The notes under the pieces are model-generated. The model searched no databases, was not told the DNA's origin, and worked only from the letters and a program-made list of their open reading frames with translations. A program made the position numbers and the translations under genes. From positions 1-64,000 of the forward strand of contig KZ538255.1 in the NCBI GenBank assembly GCA_000934665.2: a stretch of DNA of 64,000 nt, in the 5' to 3' direction. Shown piece by piece: positions 1 to 13,300 of the stretch. Within the stretch, counting starts at the first letter, position 1; every line of letters begins with the position of its first letter. This stretch comes from Catajapyx aquilonaris. Lineage: Eukaryota.

Positions 1-264
1 GGGGGTGACGGAGTACATTTTAATATGCAGTCGTAAAGGTACCGTAACGTAGCGGAGACGACCGGGGTTAATTTTGGTGTGGTGTATAATAATGGGGGGG
101 CTTAGACATGCGACAACTACGATTGCGTATGTGTTTCCCGAGTAATACAGTTAGATCAGTGACAGATGCGAAAATAACCCCTCGCTGCAGTGTGCAGTGG
201 TTTCCTCGGGTGGGAAAGGAAGTTGAAGAATCAAAAACCGAATATTTTCCACCAGGGACCAAAC

Positions 265-297
<33 letters not shown>

Positions 298-528
298 AGT
301 GGTAGAAAAGTGAGAGTGCGCCTTCCTTCGGAGTGGAAGTAAAGCCGTCGGTCCCGTGTGCTTGTGACATTGCGCGTGTGCACGTTAAAGATCCCCAGAG
401 TGGCCAAATTTCCAGGAGGGGGAGGACCACCCCCGGTCGTCGGTGTTGAGCCTTAGCATCAGAAATAGGCCGACTTTAGGCCCCTGCTGTAGTAGTAGCA
501 GTAGTAGTAGTAGTAGTAGTAGTAGTAG
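265..528. repeat. Two (AGT)n microsatellites
   Basis: Tracts at about 265-297 and 489-528. Confidence 0.95.
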
Positions 529-529
529 T

Positions 530-800
530 CTGGTGGCTGTGCTACTGGCCAGACAAGCGGGAGGTCCGGGGTTCAAATCCCGTCCACGTCAGGCCGTCAC
601 CTTTGCTTTTTCCGCTTTTCGCCCGGCATGTCCGGGCAGATGCACTCCCTTCTCTGCCCATGGCCATGAGAAAAGGTCTGGTATTTAAGAGAGTCGGAAT
701 AAATGACTATAAGCTAATGAGCGCCCTTCCCTGGGAACCCTCCCTCACCCCTCAGAGGGCCCAATAATAATTAATTAATAAATAATAAATAATAATAATC
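530..800 (+). mobile_element. Degenerate tRNA-derived SINE (different family)
   Basis: GGAGGTCCGGGGTTCAAATCCC B-box context near 560-581 and (AAT)n-like tail at 762-800; head disrupted by (AGT)n. Confidence 0.55.
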
Positions 801-1095
801 GGCTGTAAGTATGATTATTATTGTCTGCTTCTTCCAAAGGCCAAATTTCGATCTCGGTATAAAACGGCCAGCAATTAAGTCCGGTCTTATCTCTCGTAGC
901 TGCAGTTTGTCGAACCGCAATGCCGGTTACTAAACGGCTGGGGAAATTTTCCGAACATGAGAATAATACGTTCACTTTTTTTTGTATGTATATATATTTT
1001 TTAAAAAAGTATGTAAAAATATGTTGGAAGCGTACATCGCGAGACATGCCGTACTAAATAACGTGCTCTTCCGGTGTTGTATGTAGGACGGCTTT

Positions 1096-1133
1096 NNNNN
1101 NNNNNNNNNNNNNNNNNNNNNNNNNNNNNNNNN
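1096..1133. other. Assembly gap
   Basis: Run of N; further Ns at 19622, 35903-35910, 36408, 41761. Confidence 1.
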
Positions 1134-1364
1134 GGGGGGGGGGGCAAATTTAATGATTGTTTACACCCCTCCCCCCAGCTAAGGGAGGGGTAAATATGAG
1201 TTTAATTGCCGATTAATTGTATCGGGTATTGCCTATTGCGCATTGGTTTTTTTTTGTTGCGTTTTTGGTACATATTGTGTGAATTTTGTTTGCACATATT
1301 TTTTTTGGCGGGCTAAATTTAAAATGTGTTTACGTGTAAGTTAACACCAATGTTTCTGTTTCAG

Positions 1365-4300
1365 AAGGAGAGCAGGGTTCGTGGGAAAGCGGATTGTCCT
1401 ACGAATGTAGGTCGCTGCTCTTCAAGGCGTTGCATAATCTTATTGAAAGGTACGTACTTTGCAATAATGTTGATTAATATTTTTTTTAAAAAAATGATTA
1501 CCAATGTATGAATAATTTTGGATTGAATGTAACATTTGTACTGCCGGTTTGGGGTTGATGCGTACCGTACCGGTAATCTTGAGTCGTAGGTCGGACATGT
1601 GTAAATGTCGCAACAAATTGTGCGCTGCAAAACTGTGATGACGGTCCCCCTAAGGGGATATGCGTCCTCACGTCCTTGAACGTGACGTGTGGGAACCTCC
1701 GTGACGTCAGTTTTAGAGGGGGGGCTTCAAAGGGTGGGAAGCGTGACGTGCGTGTGTCCCCCCCTAACAGGGATGTCCAAAAAATATGTGTCCTAATATT
1801 TGTGTGTTTTCCAGGTGTTTGCTGTCCAGGGATTTTGTCCGGCTTGGAAAATGGTTTGTGCAGCCGTACGAAGGACCTGAGAAGTCGACAGGGAAGAGGT
1901 GAGTGACCACGATGACCTGGAAGACGTGGAGCAACTTGTTGCATTGGAGGTGGTATGGAGGCATACCAGAGGGTATTGGCGGGAGATTATTATTTTTTTT
2001 TAAAAAAAAAGGACGAAGCGGGAAGTAGGCTGACGACCTTCAAAGGACACCAAGCGTAATGATCAGGGTGGGAAGGAAGGAAGAGGAGGGGAAAAAAAGG
2101 AGGCTGGATTGCCACGTTTACATTGGGGGGGGGGAAGTATTTTAAAAAAAAAACATGGGAAGTATAGGGGAATTTATATTTACAAGTAGGGTCTGACAGT
2201 GAGGGGATATTTTTTTTGAGGGGGATCGATTGGGTATTTTTTGGAGGATGGAAATGTACGCGTACGGAGTGCGTCAAGCGGCGTCAAGGTCAGGAATTTT
2301 GCATATTGCGTGATATGCGCTAATGTCGATAGCCATTGAGGATGAATGGGGCCGGTTTGTAGATTGGGACAATCCGGGGGACCATTTTCATAAGCGGAGT
2401 TGACACTGTCCTAAAAGAGAAACCTCTTCTGGGGGTGGATTTGGAGGGAGGGGGGGGTAGCTACAAAGAGCAGGATCAATAAACCAGCTGCGGCTTCCCC
2501 CACAAACTCTAACACACACACACACAAGCTTCCAAACCCCTCCCTCCTGTATGGCACATGGCTTGTTGCTGCAAAGGGTGGAGGGGGTTGATTTTTTGGG
2601 GGTGAGGGCAATTGGGCTTGAAGTATGGTTGCCGCAGAGGCTTACACCGTATGGGATGTGCTAAGGAATGATAAAGATTAAGGGATGAATTAAAATTTAA
2701 ACCTGTACTAGACGCCTTCACTTGCAGGCCGGCGTGAGAGGACAGGAGGGCTCTGTTGAGATTCCGGTTTCCTTTTGCCATGCGATCCGCTAACTCGGTG
2801 TCTTATTTTGCAGCACTCACCTGTCCTTCTCCTTCGTGTTTTTTGTCCATGGCGAGAGCACCGTCTGTGCCAGCCTGGACGTCCGGCAGCACCCGCCTGT
2901 GCGGAGGCTCACCCGGCATCACATACTCGCTGCACAGGCATCTGCCTCGGGGATACAAGGTGAGCCCCACTCTCATTGACTAATGTTATTGGTCAGACGT
3001 TGCAGATTATGACTGACTGGCTCCATTTTTCCAGTTATACTTGGTCCATTCGGATTGGCTGGGACCCTCACTGGGCAGACGTACAAGGCAGCAGACCACC
3101 ACACCAGGAAGCTAATAGAGGAGTGGCGCCAGTTTTACCCGATCGAGTCCAAGAACCTGTACAGGGACTCGGCCGCCGATGGGTCACTACCAACTGCAGT
3201 AGAAGTTGTAGTGGGTGAGTACATTTTTTGACAGTGACATGACAGGTTCACTGTTGCCTCCATACCAGATAGAGCAAAAGTGGTGTCACATCTGCCCCTC
3301 GGGAAAGTTCAGGGGACTCTCTATATCAGCTGGCTACCTATCTGATAAGCATACTATTGGCTGATTAATGTGAACGCTTTCAAACTAAACAAGGATTCCA
3401 CAACATTTTTTCTAATGCTGATGTGCTCCACATTTACGCACTTTCCTTTAAAAACTTATCAATTCAACATGTATAAATGTGGAACACTTCAGTTGCTTTA
3501 AAATATTATTAATGCAACATGTAGCTTTCAACAACATGTTGCTTTCACTTACAAATTGCGTACCTCATTTGGTCTTTTTTGTGGGGCACATTAGAGTTGG
3601 CTTTATGGAAGGTTTCCAGTAATGATGAGGGGTAGGGTTCGAGGTTTGAACGCAATACATGCTGGCCGTTATGATTGAGAGCTCCTGGATTTAACTCCTG
3701 GTTCTAAGGATCAGGGATTTGGGCCGCACCTTTAAATTGAGCATTTTAAGAGAGGATTACTGAAATGAATACAAGTTGAATTATTTACGAATGACTTGAG
3801 CCGTTGAGTGCATTTAAAGTAGACAAATTGGTAATTCAGTGTCGATTTAGTTTTTATCAAGTGTGACACTCATGTTCGTGTGTTACAGGTGGTGTAAAAA
3901 TGAGGTACCCAACATGCTACACCTTGGTGACAGACATGGATGATGCAGCAAACTTCAGCGGTCAGTCTCAGCCACTCCTTATGATGGCCTCGACTGTCGG
4001 AGCGAAAGCAGGAGCTCCTGTTGCAGGTGAGCCCATTTAGCTTAAAGAATATGTAATTATTATTAATGAGCAGAACTGCAGCAGGCATAACTGCTGGTTT
4101 TCTAGTTAAAAGGTGTTTTTATAAGTATTATTAAAAGTTAATGTGTATTAGATTCCTGTTCTGAGGTACTATTTGATTTCGTTTTCCATCACTCTGGAAA
4201 TTGTGCATAAATGCTATAATTATCAGCACTGTTGAATGCCTTAATTTAATGAATACATATTCTGTTCACGTAATATTATTGAGGTCACTTGTTCATTAGA

Positions 4301-7300
4301 AATGCAGGTGAAAGTGTGTGATAATATTTTGTGGATGGCATACACGTAGTGTTGCATATCCCTTGCTTTTGAAGTTGATTAAAACCGCAGGTTGAATGAT
4401 GAAGATGGTGCTGTTAAGTCGCGTTGACATGTGAGTGAATTATCAGCAAAGTTTTTGCTGCAGGGATAAGACCAGTTGCTTGGGGCGAAAATAGATTGTT
4501 ATCACGATTGTTATTTTCGGTTGGTGTTAAGTATTTGCAGCAACTTGACTAATAATTCGCTCACATGTAAACGCGGCTTTGACTTGAAATCAGAACTAAT
4601 GACATTGTCTATTTCAGGCATGTCAACCCTTCCGCTGACACCTCCATCGTCCCCTGCGGAGGCATCGACGTTCCCGCTTGGTTGTGTGGCCCTTGCTCCG
4701 CAGCGCAAGCCCCAGCCCTCCCCGTACATGGCTTCTACTCACTCCCTGCTGTCCAACTCGCTACCTGCAGGCACCCCTGGATCCAAGAGGGCCTCGTACC
4801 TCCTCCCGGAGCGGGTCTGGCAGGACTGCACCCTGCCACATTCGGGTGGCAGCAGCAACAACAGTGCTCCGGACAAGGGAGGGAATGATGGGGGGTCGTC
4901 AGTGAGGAGCACGACGGGTGACAGTGGAGGTGGTAGTAGTGGCAATAGTGGTGGTGGTAATAGTGGGGGTGGTGATGGAGGAGGGGATTCCATCGTGGAG
5001 TCCATGGGCCAGTGGGAGTTTGCAGACCCTGTGCAGAGAGCCAACTGCAATTGCTCAAAGTAAGTTGGGTTGGCGTACAAGAAACTGTGGGGAATGACAA
5101 CGAGGTGCGTATTGCCTCAGTCATTGGAAATATATTATTGCAAGATTCGCAAGTTTGTGGGTGAATTTACAGGCAGCATTTTTGATCTGTCAAGCATTGA
5201 CACGGTTGTACGCACCTCGTTGCCATTGACCAAGTGCTCCAAATTTTAATTTTAAATTACAAAATTCGATATCTTTGGAAATGCCACCAGGTTTTAGATG
5301 TCTGAAAAGTCAGGGAGATGTTGTGGTGTTGGCATTAAAGTTATTTAAAGTAGCAGCGTAATTTTAGGCACAAATGTATACACAACAGAAGGCCTGTCAC
5401 CATGTCGGCCACTGGCTTGGGTGTGTTACCCATTGTCACTTGTAACAGATGTACTGTAGTTGCTACATTAATCTGCACTGGCAGTTGAAGAACCTAACAT
5501 GTGTTGCGTTATTGGCCTTCTCTTCAGATGTTTTAAGTAAAGTTCGGGTTCTTCAGTTGTTAGATGTGGGTGTTAGAATAAGTTAAAGGGCCACTATCTC
5601 CGAATTCTAAAATTTTGAGGTAACGGGTGGAACATATCGACATGGACTCCTAGGATCCGAAAAATGTTGCCATGAAAGTGCATTGACGTAGTTAAAATGC
5701 AGGGAAGCGGCTCTGGCCAGATGTCATCAGTGGCAGGATGGTAAACGAAGGGAAGCGGGCTAATGAAGCCACCATGTGCGGAAGAGTCACTGCCGTAGTC
5801 CAGCTTTGGAGTGACCCGTCATAATTATTTGAAACATTGCATTTGGTCATGCGTGGCTGGGGCTTCACTTGCCACCTTTTCAAGTTTTAATTTTTGGGAC
5901 AGTGGCCCTTTAAGGGAGAGAACAGAAACAGAAAATAGTGAGTTACAAATGCTCCGAGCTGGCAATGAGCATGAAGAATTCTTCACACGCGAAGCAGGAA
6001 GGAAGGAAAATGAGGGAAAAAATTGGGCGATTGGCAGCATTACTCGAGGTTTTTACTAAATTCCGACCACCAAATTCCCACACTCTTGTTACATTTCCAC
6101 GTATTTTTTGCTTGTCATTGGCATCGCCATTGGCTGGTTGATTTATTAATTTTTCTCCCTTTCACGTCTCCTGTCTTCTGATTTCATAGCGTCCCCGCAT
6201 GAAGAAGAAAAAGACCTGTAATTTTGTTTAGTCTTTCTCCAATTGGCACGGTTTGCTGCCCTTATTGGCATCACACTTTCAAGTTTAATTTTTTAATATG
6301 AAAGAAGAAGCATGATGAGATTTCTTTCGCTTGTTTTCTTCATACTGAATGTGCTAAACCTCCACGGCACTGTTTTTTGATGTTAGATTTCTGTTTTTTC
6401 CATCCACTCGTTTTGTCAGTTTGACGGTACGGTGCAACACTGTTTCAAGCCATGTTTTTTTGCGAGAGGTCCTTAAAATTATTCATGTGGCTGACGTTTG
6501 TCGTCGGTCGTTTATTAGAACGATAAAATTATTTTATTCTGTCACTGCTGTTGATCACTATACATATGAGAAATTTTTCTTAAGAGGTAATTATTTGTCA
6601 ATATTTTTTAAAGTTAATTTGCTTGGCCATATGGCATTGTGCGCCACTTAATTACAGCTTTTCTAATTGCAATGCGATTAACGCATCAGTTTTGCACCAA
6701 CCCAATAATTTTATTACGTATTACTTTGATATCGTCTGCCTTACGACCCTAAAGTGAACTTTTTATATCCCCACTGCATTCACCTAAAATTTTGTCACTT
6801 TGACCCACTTCTGTGGATCCTTTGCGCTCTTTTTTTGGTTTTTAAAATTTTTTCTCTGCCCTTGTACTCCCGACCCTAATTCCATTGTTTGGTTCCCAAC
6901 TTTCAGGTGTAGAAAGCCAAAGGTGGCAAGTGCAACTAAGGTGGGAGGTGGTAGTAGTTCTAGTTCGGGCCTGAAATCGAAGGGGGAGAAGGGTGAAAAG
7001 AGTAGCGGGAGTCGATATGGACGGGCGTCCGTGGCCATGGCGGCAGCTGCCTTCCATAGGCGCTCCCCAGTCAGCGAGGACTTGTCCTGGGTCATAGAGT
7101 CAGACACGACCATCTCGACACCACTCAGGTTGGTAATGCCAACAGAGAACTTGAAAGGAGATGGGAGGGGAAATGCGGAAACCAGTTTTCTGATCTATAG
7201 TGCTCCTTACCTGCCCAGCCTCACACACTGCTTATATTTGAATTTAGTTCACGTCCGTTCAATAGACACATTTATGCCGATACAGATGTGAGCTAAATTC

Positions 7301-10300
7301 TGAAACATTCGGTATTTTCTCATACTCATCTGTTCCTTTAAGTGTTTAAGGTACATTGAACGATTGAAGATTCCAGCCCTTACGATTAAGAAGGTATTAA
7401 CCTGGGGAATGGATAATGAATTTTTGTGCAGATGGCTGAAGCCTGCATCGCAGTTTTAATAGCCAAATTATAGCTCGTCAAATGTTTCATGGGATCGTTG
7501 CCATCAGTGCGCTTAAAATGTGCGAGGCTCAATTGTGCAACATTTGTAAATCTGAATTTTTCAAAATAGCTGCATCTCGATGGATCTTTGGGACAAATAT
7601 TCGATTACGGAAATGGTCATTGCTGTGGTGCAAATGATTCGATGAGTATGATTACGTATCGGGTGAATTTACATGGCTCGTCCTTAATGGCTTTTTTTAT
7701 ACCTCACCTGATCTGCATACGACTATTGGGTCTTGAGGCAATTCCAAGGTGAAGGAGTGATTGGAGTAGGATTGCAATTAAGCCGAAGTAAATAGTGCGT
7801 AAAGCTTCCACCATTTCAAAAGGTTGAGGCTTGAGTTTGCAAAAAAGTGCGATGCAAAATCTTGGAATTGCTCTAATTGCAACTAACCCTCTCTGCTAGT
7901 AGGCTTCTTTTAAAGTGAACAGTGGATATATTGACAATTGGAAATGGAAATGCTCTACTTACTGTTTGGGTGTGTACATGCTTTTTGGTTGTTGTTTTTA
8001 AAAAATCTGTCTCTTCTCTCCTGAAAATGAATACGAACGAGTGGTGTTTGTGGATTACATCTGAGTACATGTTATGTTTTTTTTCTGTTTCGCATCAATT
8101 ACAGGGTATGTGTGGTAGATTGACAAAAGCTGATAATGGCTTGGGGGTGCCTGGGGTACATTTTTTTTTGTGGATTTTTCTTGAGTGTGGTGACAGAAGG
8201 GCCTATTGCAATCGCTTTAGGACGGTAAGGACTTGTGTTCATATGGTTGGAGTGGCTGAGGTGTGCTATTCATGTGACTACTGTTTGGACACGCAATTGT
8301 GGTTTTTGGCTGCCTTAACTTGGAGTGAGAGTTGGTTTTCATCTGGATTTATTGTCGGGCCGTTTGACGACCAATGAGGCTGAAGAGAGTTGCATGTTTT
8401 GCACGAACAAGTCAAGTTGTATACTTTGAATATCTTGCAGGGCAATTTTGAAACTCTGTGCAATGTTGAACGAATCCTTCAGCCCTCATTGTCGATCGAA
8501 CTGTCCGTAGTGTGCTGTGTGAAGTTGAATTACGCTCTAACCGTGTTTTTCCTGCCACCACGTGTCTTCCTCCTCCTTCCCCTAACCTTCCTTCAGGCTC
8601 ATGGCACCTGGGACTCCTTCTGGTGGACCACCTTCATACAGAGGTGGTCAGGCCATGACACCTACTCCAATACCGAGCCTGCATGGGTGCATCAACGACT
8701 CACTGCCGGTGCCCTCAGTGGGGTCACCTGCCTCTGTGGCACCCTCTCCACTGCCCACGCCTCATTCTCAGCCGACCTCGGTGCCACAGACAGGTTAGTA
8801 ATTTCTTGCTCATTTCAGCAGCCAAGTTGAATTTAACACTATAACGTTTGTTGTAGACCCGCAGATGCCGACCCTAAGCCCACATCCACCAACCTCAAAC
8901 GAGACCAGCCTTCAGCCCACAACCCCAATGGAATCTCAGGACAAGGTCACCCCAGCAGCCACCCCTTCGGATCTCAATGGTCCCAAGTCCGTCTCCTCCG
9001 TCTCCAACCAGGTCTGTAATCGATATAAATCACACAAATCGATACCGTCGACTTAACAGCAATTGTAATTCTAATGTACGAGGATTAAGGATGTGGCCTA
9101 ATCAATTGGATTTTTTTGGCCAGGTGTTTTCACCGTATGCTGGCAGCTCTGTCCCAGAGAATAAGCCTGCAGATGGCACTCCATGGTCACAGTCCCAACC
9201 ACCAACGGAGGGATCTACCAACCAGGCTGACTCATCCTTCTCTTCGCAATCTGGAGCCAACAACCAGGCAGGCGGCAGAGGGGAAGGACTAGGGTTGAAA
9301 CGGCCTGTGCTGCCCTCCAAAGAGTACGAAAGTCTGCTGCAGGAGGAGGAGGAACTCTCAGAGATGCTGTATGACTACACTACGGTCACAGCATGGTCAG
9401 TTACGATGCGGATAAAACTCGAAGGCTGCAGAAATGCTTTTCATGACATGTTTTTACTTTCATTGAACTTTGTTTTTGAAGGCAGAAGGGGAAGTACTGT
9501 GACTACATTTGAAACAAAAATTTTAACATTCTCTTCCACTTTGGCATAGGTTGCACTTCCCGATAAAGCGCTTCAAGCCCGACTCCAAGCCGTGGGAACA
9601 GTCTTCTGGAAACATCGGTGTCACCTCCAGGAAGACTCAGGCCGACCTCTACAGCTCTGCCGTGACCACTTCGAACAGCAGCATAGCCCCCGTCATGGTC
9701 AAGGCAGAGATGGAGGTCGAGAACGTTGGAACACCTGTGAGTTCAACACTAATTATTACGAAAGATTGTAACTTTAACCAGTGGACAACTTCGTAATGGT
9801 AAAGCCACATTTACATGTGAGCAATTTGATCAGCAATGTTGCAGCAATGACGACATTGAGCTAAAGCACGGCCATATATTTTCACCCCAAACAATTGCTC
9901 TCATCGCGGATGGAATCGTTCGCATGTAAACGCGGCTTAACAGCAATCCATGCAATCCATTACGAATTGTGAGCTTCACTTGCATGTGGTTTAACAACTC
10001 TTGCACTAATTCCTAATTATTAATAATAATAATTTGAGGTGACTTTGCTGACCTAGGATTTTCAATAGTTAACACACGGTGCAATGCATCCTCTTTACAT
10101 TGCATTTTTATTATCCACCTTTCTTCAGATGGAGGCGGACCAGGTGCCACTGGAGCGGGAGTCTGACCCATACGAATTTGACGATGACGTAGTGGCCCCA
10201 ACGGTGAGCATGGAGGGGTTAAAGAGGAAGGACTCATTGGGCGCTAAGGTACGGGTTTCTTCCACTGAACTGTTGGTGACCCAGGCAAAAATGGAGGAGG

Positions 10301-13300
10301 GAGAGATAAGACACTGGATGGGTTTGTTCCAATTCGGAGGGTGTTATGTGGCCAAAAGAAAGAAAGAAAAACAAATTCGAGGGTAACAACGAAAAGAGAC
10401 TTTAATTTGCTGTCACCAACTCTTCGGTCTGTCTTAGTTTGTGGTTTTTATTTTCTCCTGAACCCCCTGCTCCCTCCTTGTGTCTTGGGAAGGGACCATT
10501 CATAAGTAGCATGATGGCTGGTTATTTTGGCACTCACCTTCACGAACATGTGCATGATGATTCTTCACTACCTTCTTCAAATTCACGGCGTGCCTTAAAA
10601 TTTGCAGGTAGTTTACAGGCAGTAGTTTGCCGACATGTAGAGTAAGGGTGGCATGGAATGAGGCTGCAGCCAGATTTCGGTACATTTGACGTCCATGTGC
10701 AAGTATAGACTTTTTCTCATCAAAATTATAGAATGGCTCTGTCCGTCCATCCATCTGTGGACAGGTATGAGGGCCTAAACTGTACGCGAAAGCGACAAAC
10801 TGTTTTTGGATTCGGATTCAGTAGACCGTGTTTCATGGACAACTTGTGGGTTTCCTGGTCCACCCAATCCGCCGCGGCTTTAGATATGATTTTCTTTGGG
10901 TTACTTGGCAACGAGAAATGAGACTGACAATAATCGACGTCGTTGTTGCGAAGTTATAATTTCCTTAGCAATGAGAAAAAGTCTACTTGAATCATGCTCA
11001 TGTTTAAATTTGAGCATTGATGTTATAACCTGACGTATTTCGTCGCATATGCATCGGCTTTATTTATTGTGGAGCTTTTTTCCCGATGGTATTGTCGTCG
11101 GTACTGCACTGCCATGAAACTTATGTATGACTCCCCTTCTCCACTGTAGATTTTTTTTGTTGCACCTCTGTTGTGTATGTCACTTGCTGCAGCCGACTCA
11201 AGGCGTCCAACTAATATACGCGTATGTTCTGTTCAATTGCGCAGGAGGAGGACAAGGAGAATGGGACTCCGGGTGGGGTTCCGGGCGATCCTCTTGCACC
11301 CAACGCTGCAGGGAAGAATGTAGCTTCAGGCAGCCTGTTCACCAGTGCAGGTCTCCAGGCCTCGTACAAGGACCTGGACCAAATATTTGACAACTCTGAC
11401 GACACTTCCAGTGATGACACCGTAAGTTCCTCCTTCAAAATTGTAGCATTATCCTGCCACGTAGAGCTTTGAAGCAAGCGTTGAACAATGTCATCTGCCA
11501 TGCTCGAGATAAAAAGCACGGGTTCCTGGGGCGTTTGTTCCAGTTCCAGGTGTCGACTCCTCCTGGCTCCAACAAACCCTCTGGTGGAGACGACGCCCCT
11601 CAGACCACCAAGACTTCCAAAGGCAGTTCTGGCGGAGGTTCCTCTGTCGGAATTGGCGGCGGCGGCATTGGAATCCTTCGTCCCGAGGAACTGTCCAAGA
11701 TGTTCCCCACTCCGCCATCCCACGAACACAACCCTATAGCGTCCCCATGCGGGCAGGGAGACATGATCAGCGGAGGAGAGGGAATGGAGATGACCACCAT
11801 TAAGTGCGAACCATCGGAGAGGGCGAGGGAAGGCGGCAGTCAAGCCATGGTTGTTATGAAAAGGAGTGACCAGACATACCCAAACATGGGTAGCCCACAG
11901 GAGGAGTGCATTGAGGTCAGTCTATCGTTTTGGCTGTGCTAAATGTCGATCCACCGAACCCTAATTTGATGGATTCTTTCCGCAGGACTGGTCGTATGTG
12001 TTCAAGCCCCCACTGATGTGCAAGATGCTTGGGTCGTCTAAGTATGCCCCGCTGGCTAATCTCCCCAGCCAGTCTCTTCCCCCGGTGACCCTCCCTGCCC
12101 TCTGCACGTACAAACCCTCCTGGCAGTACCCACTGCCACCCAGTACCGCAGCACAGACTGCAGAGAAACTGCCGCCACCTGCTGTCCAATCAGCCCCTCC
12201 CAACAACAACAACAACCCTTCCTCTGTCGGCAGCACGAGGCCAGGGCTATCCCCAATCTCACCAGCTGTTGTCCAACCACCCCAACAACAGTTTCCGGAG
12301 CTTCCAAGCCCAGCTCCTGTTGCCCCGCCTCCAGTTGCTGCTCCGAACCTGGGGCAGTTGGCCCTTCTGATATCCCGTGCCCCCGAGTGTCATGCTCTGG
12401 CAGCCTCGCTGTTACTGGGCGATTCCATGCTCAATCTGTTTCGTGACCACAACTTCGACAGTTGCAGCCTCTGCGTGTGCAATGCAGGTCCTAAGCTTGT
12501 CGGTAACATACGTGGAGCTGAAGCCGGTGAGTTGCTTTGCAGCTTAAAGCCAATTTCGCAAGTGGACGTCGCAGCATTTGTCACACATGACGGGAATTGT
12601 TTCACACCACTCGTCAAGCTTCAAGGAGCCAAATCTTGCTTCAATTGCTGCCATTTGCAGTGCGACGACAATAGCGTCATTTTTTGTTGTCACACGGCAA
12701 ATCGCAGCGATCGAGGCCAGATCTGCCTGCCTTGACACTTGTCGCTTAGTTGGTGGCGACAAAATTTACGTCATAAGTGGCGTGAAAAAAGCTTTGCATG
12801 TTACAAACGGTGCGACGTCCATTTGTGGAATGGGCTTGTAAAGTGCGTGTAATTGCACTTAGATTTGTAAATGCAATTTTGAAATTTCCGTAGGTCTGTA
12901 CCTTCCGGACTTGGGCGGTGTCTCCAGTGCGTTGGGTGCAGGCTCTGGAGTGATGGGGATGCCTGAAGTAGAGGAACCGATCCGATGTAACTGCGGGTTC
13001 AGCGCAGTTACTAACCGGAGGCTAGCGTACCAGTCAGGTTTGTTCTACGAGGACGAGGTGGAGATAACGGGACTAACGCCAGAAGAGGATGCCAGTAGGA
13101 AGAGGTCGCTGATCATTCTTGATTCTAAGGATGGAGCAAACGGATCTGGAGAGAAGGATGGTGCATCAGTAGATCAGGTGAGCATGTTACATGCGCTGTT
13201 AATACTCTCGATTATCCGGGAATTGCACAAACAAAGAAAAATAAATGAATGTCCAAAAAAATGTCTTGCAAAGTAGGAAATATAATGTACTTTATCAATA

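Noticed and set aside
68..688. Poly-Leu/poly-Ser ORFs
   Set aside because: Translations of (AGT)n microsatellites.
6312..6350. C/D-box snoRNA-like ATGATGA...CTGA in a MED13 intron
   Set aside because: Boxes are under 40 nt apart and I could not identify an rRNA-complementary guide.
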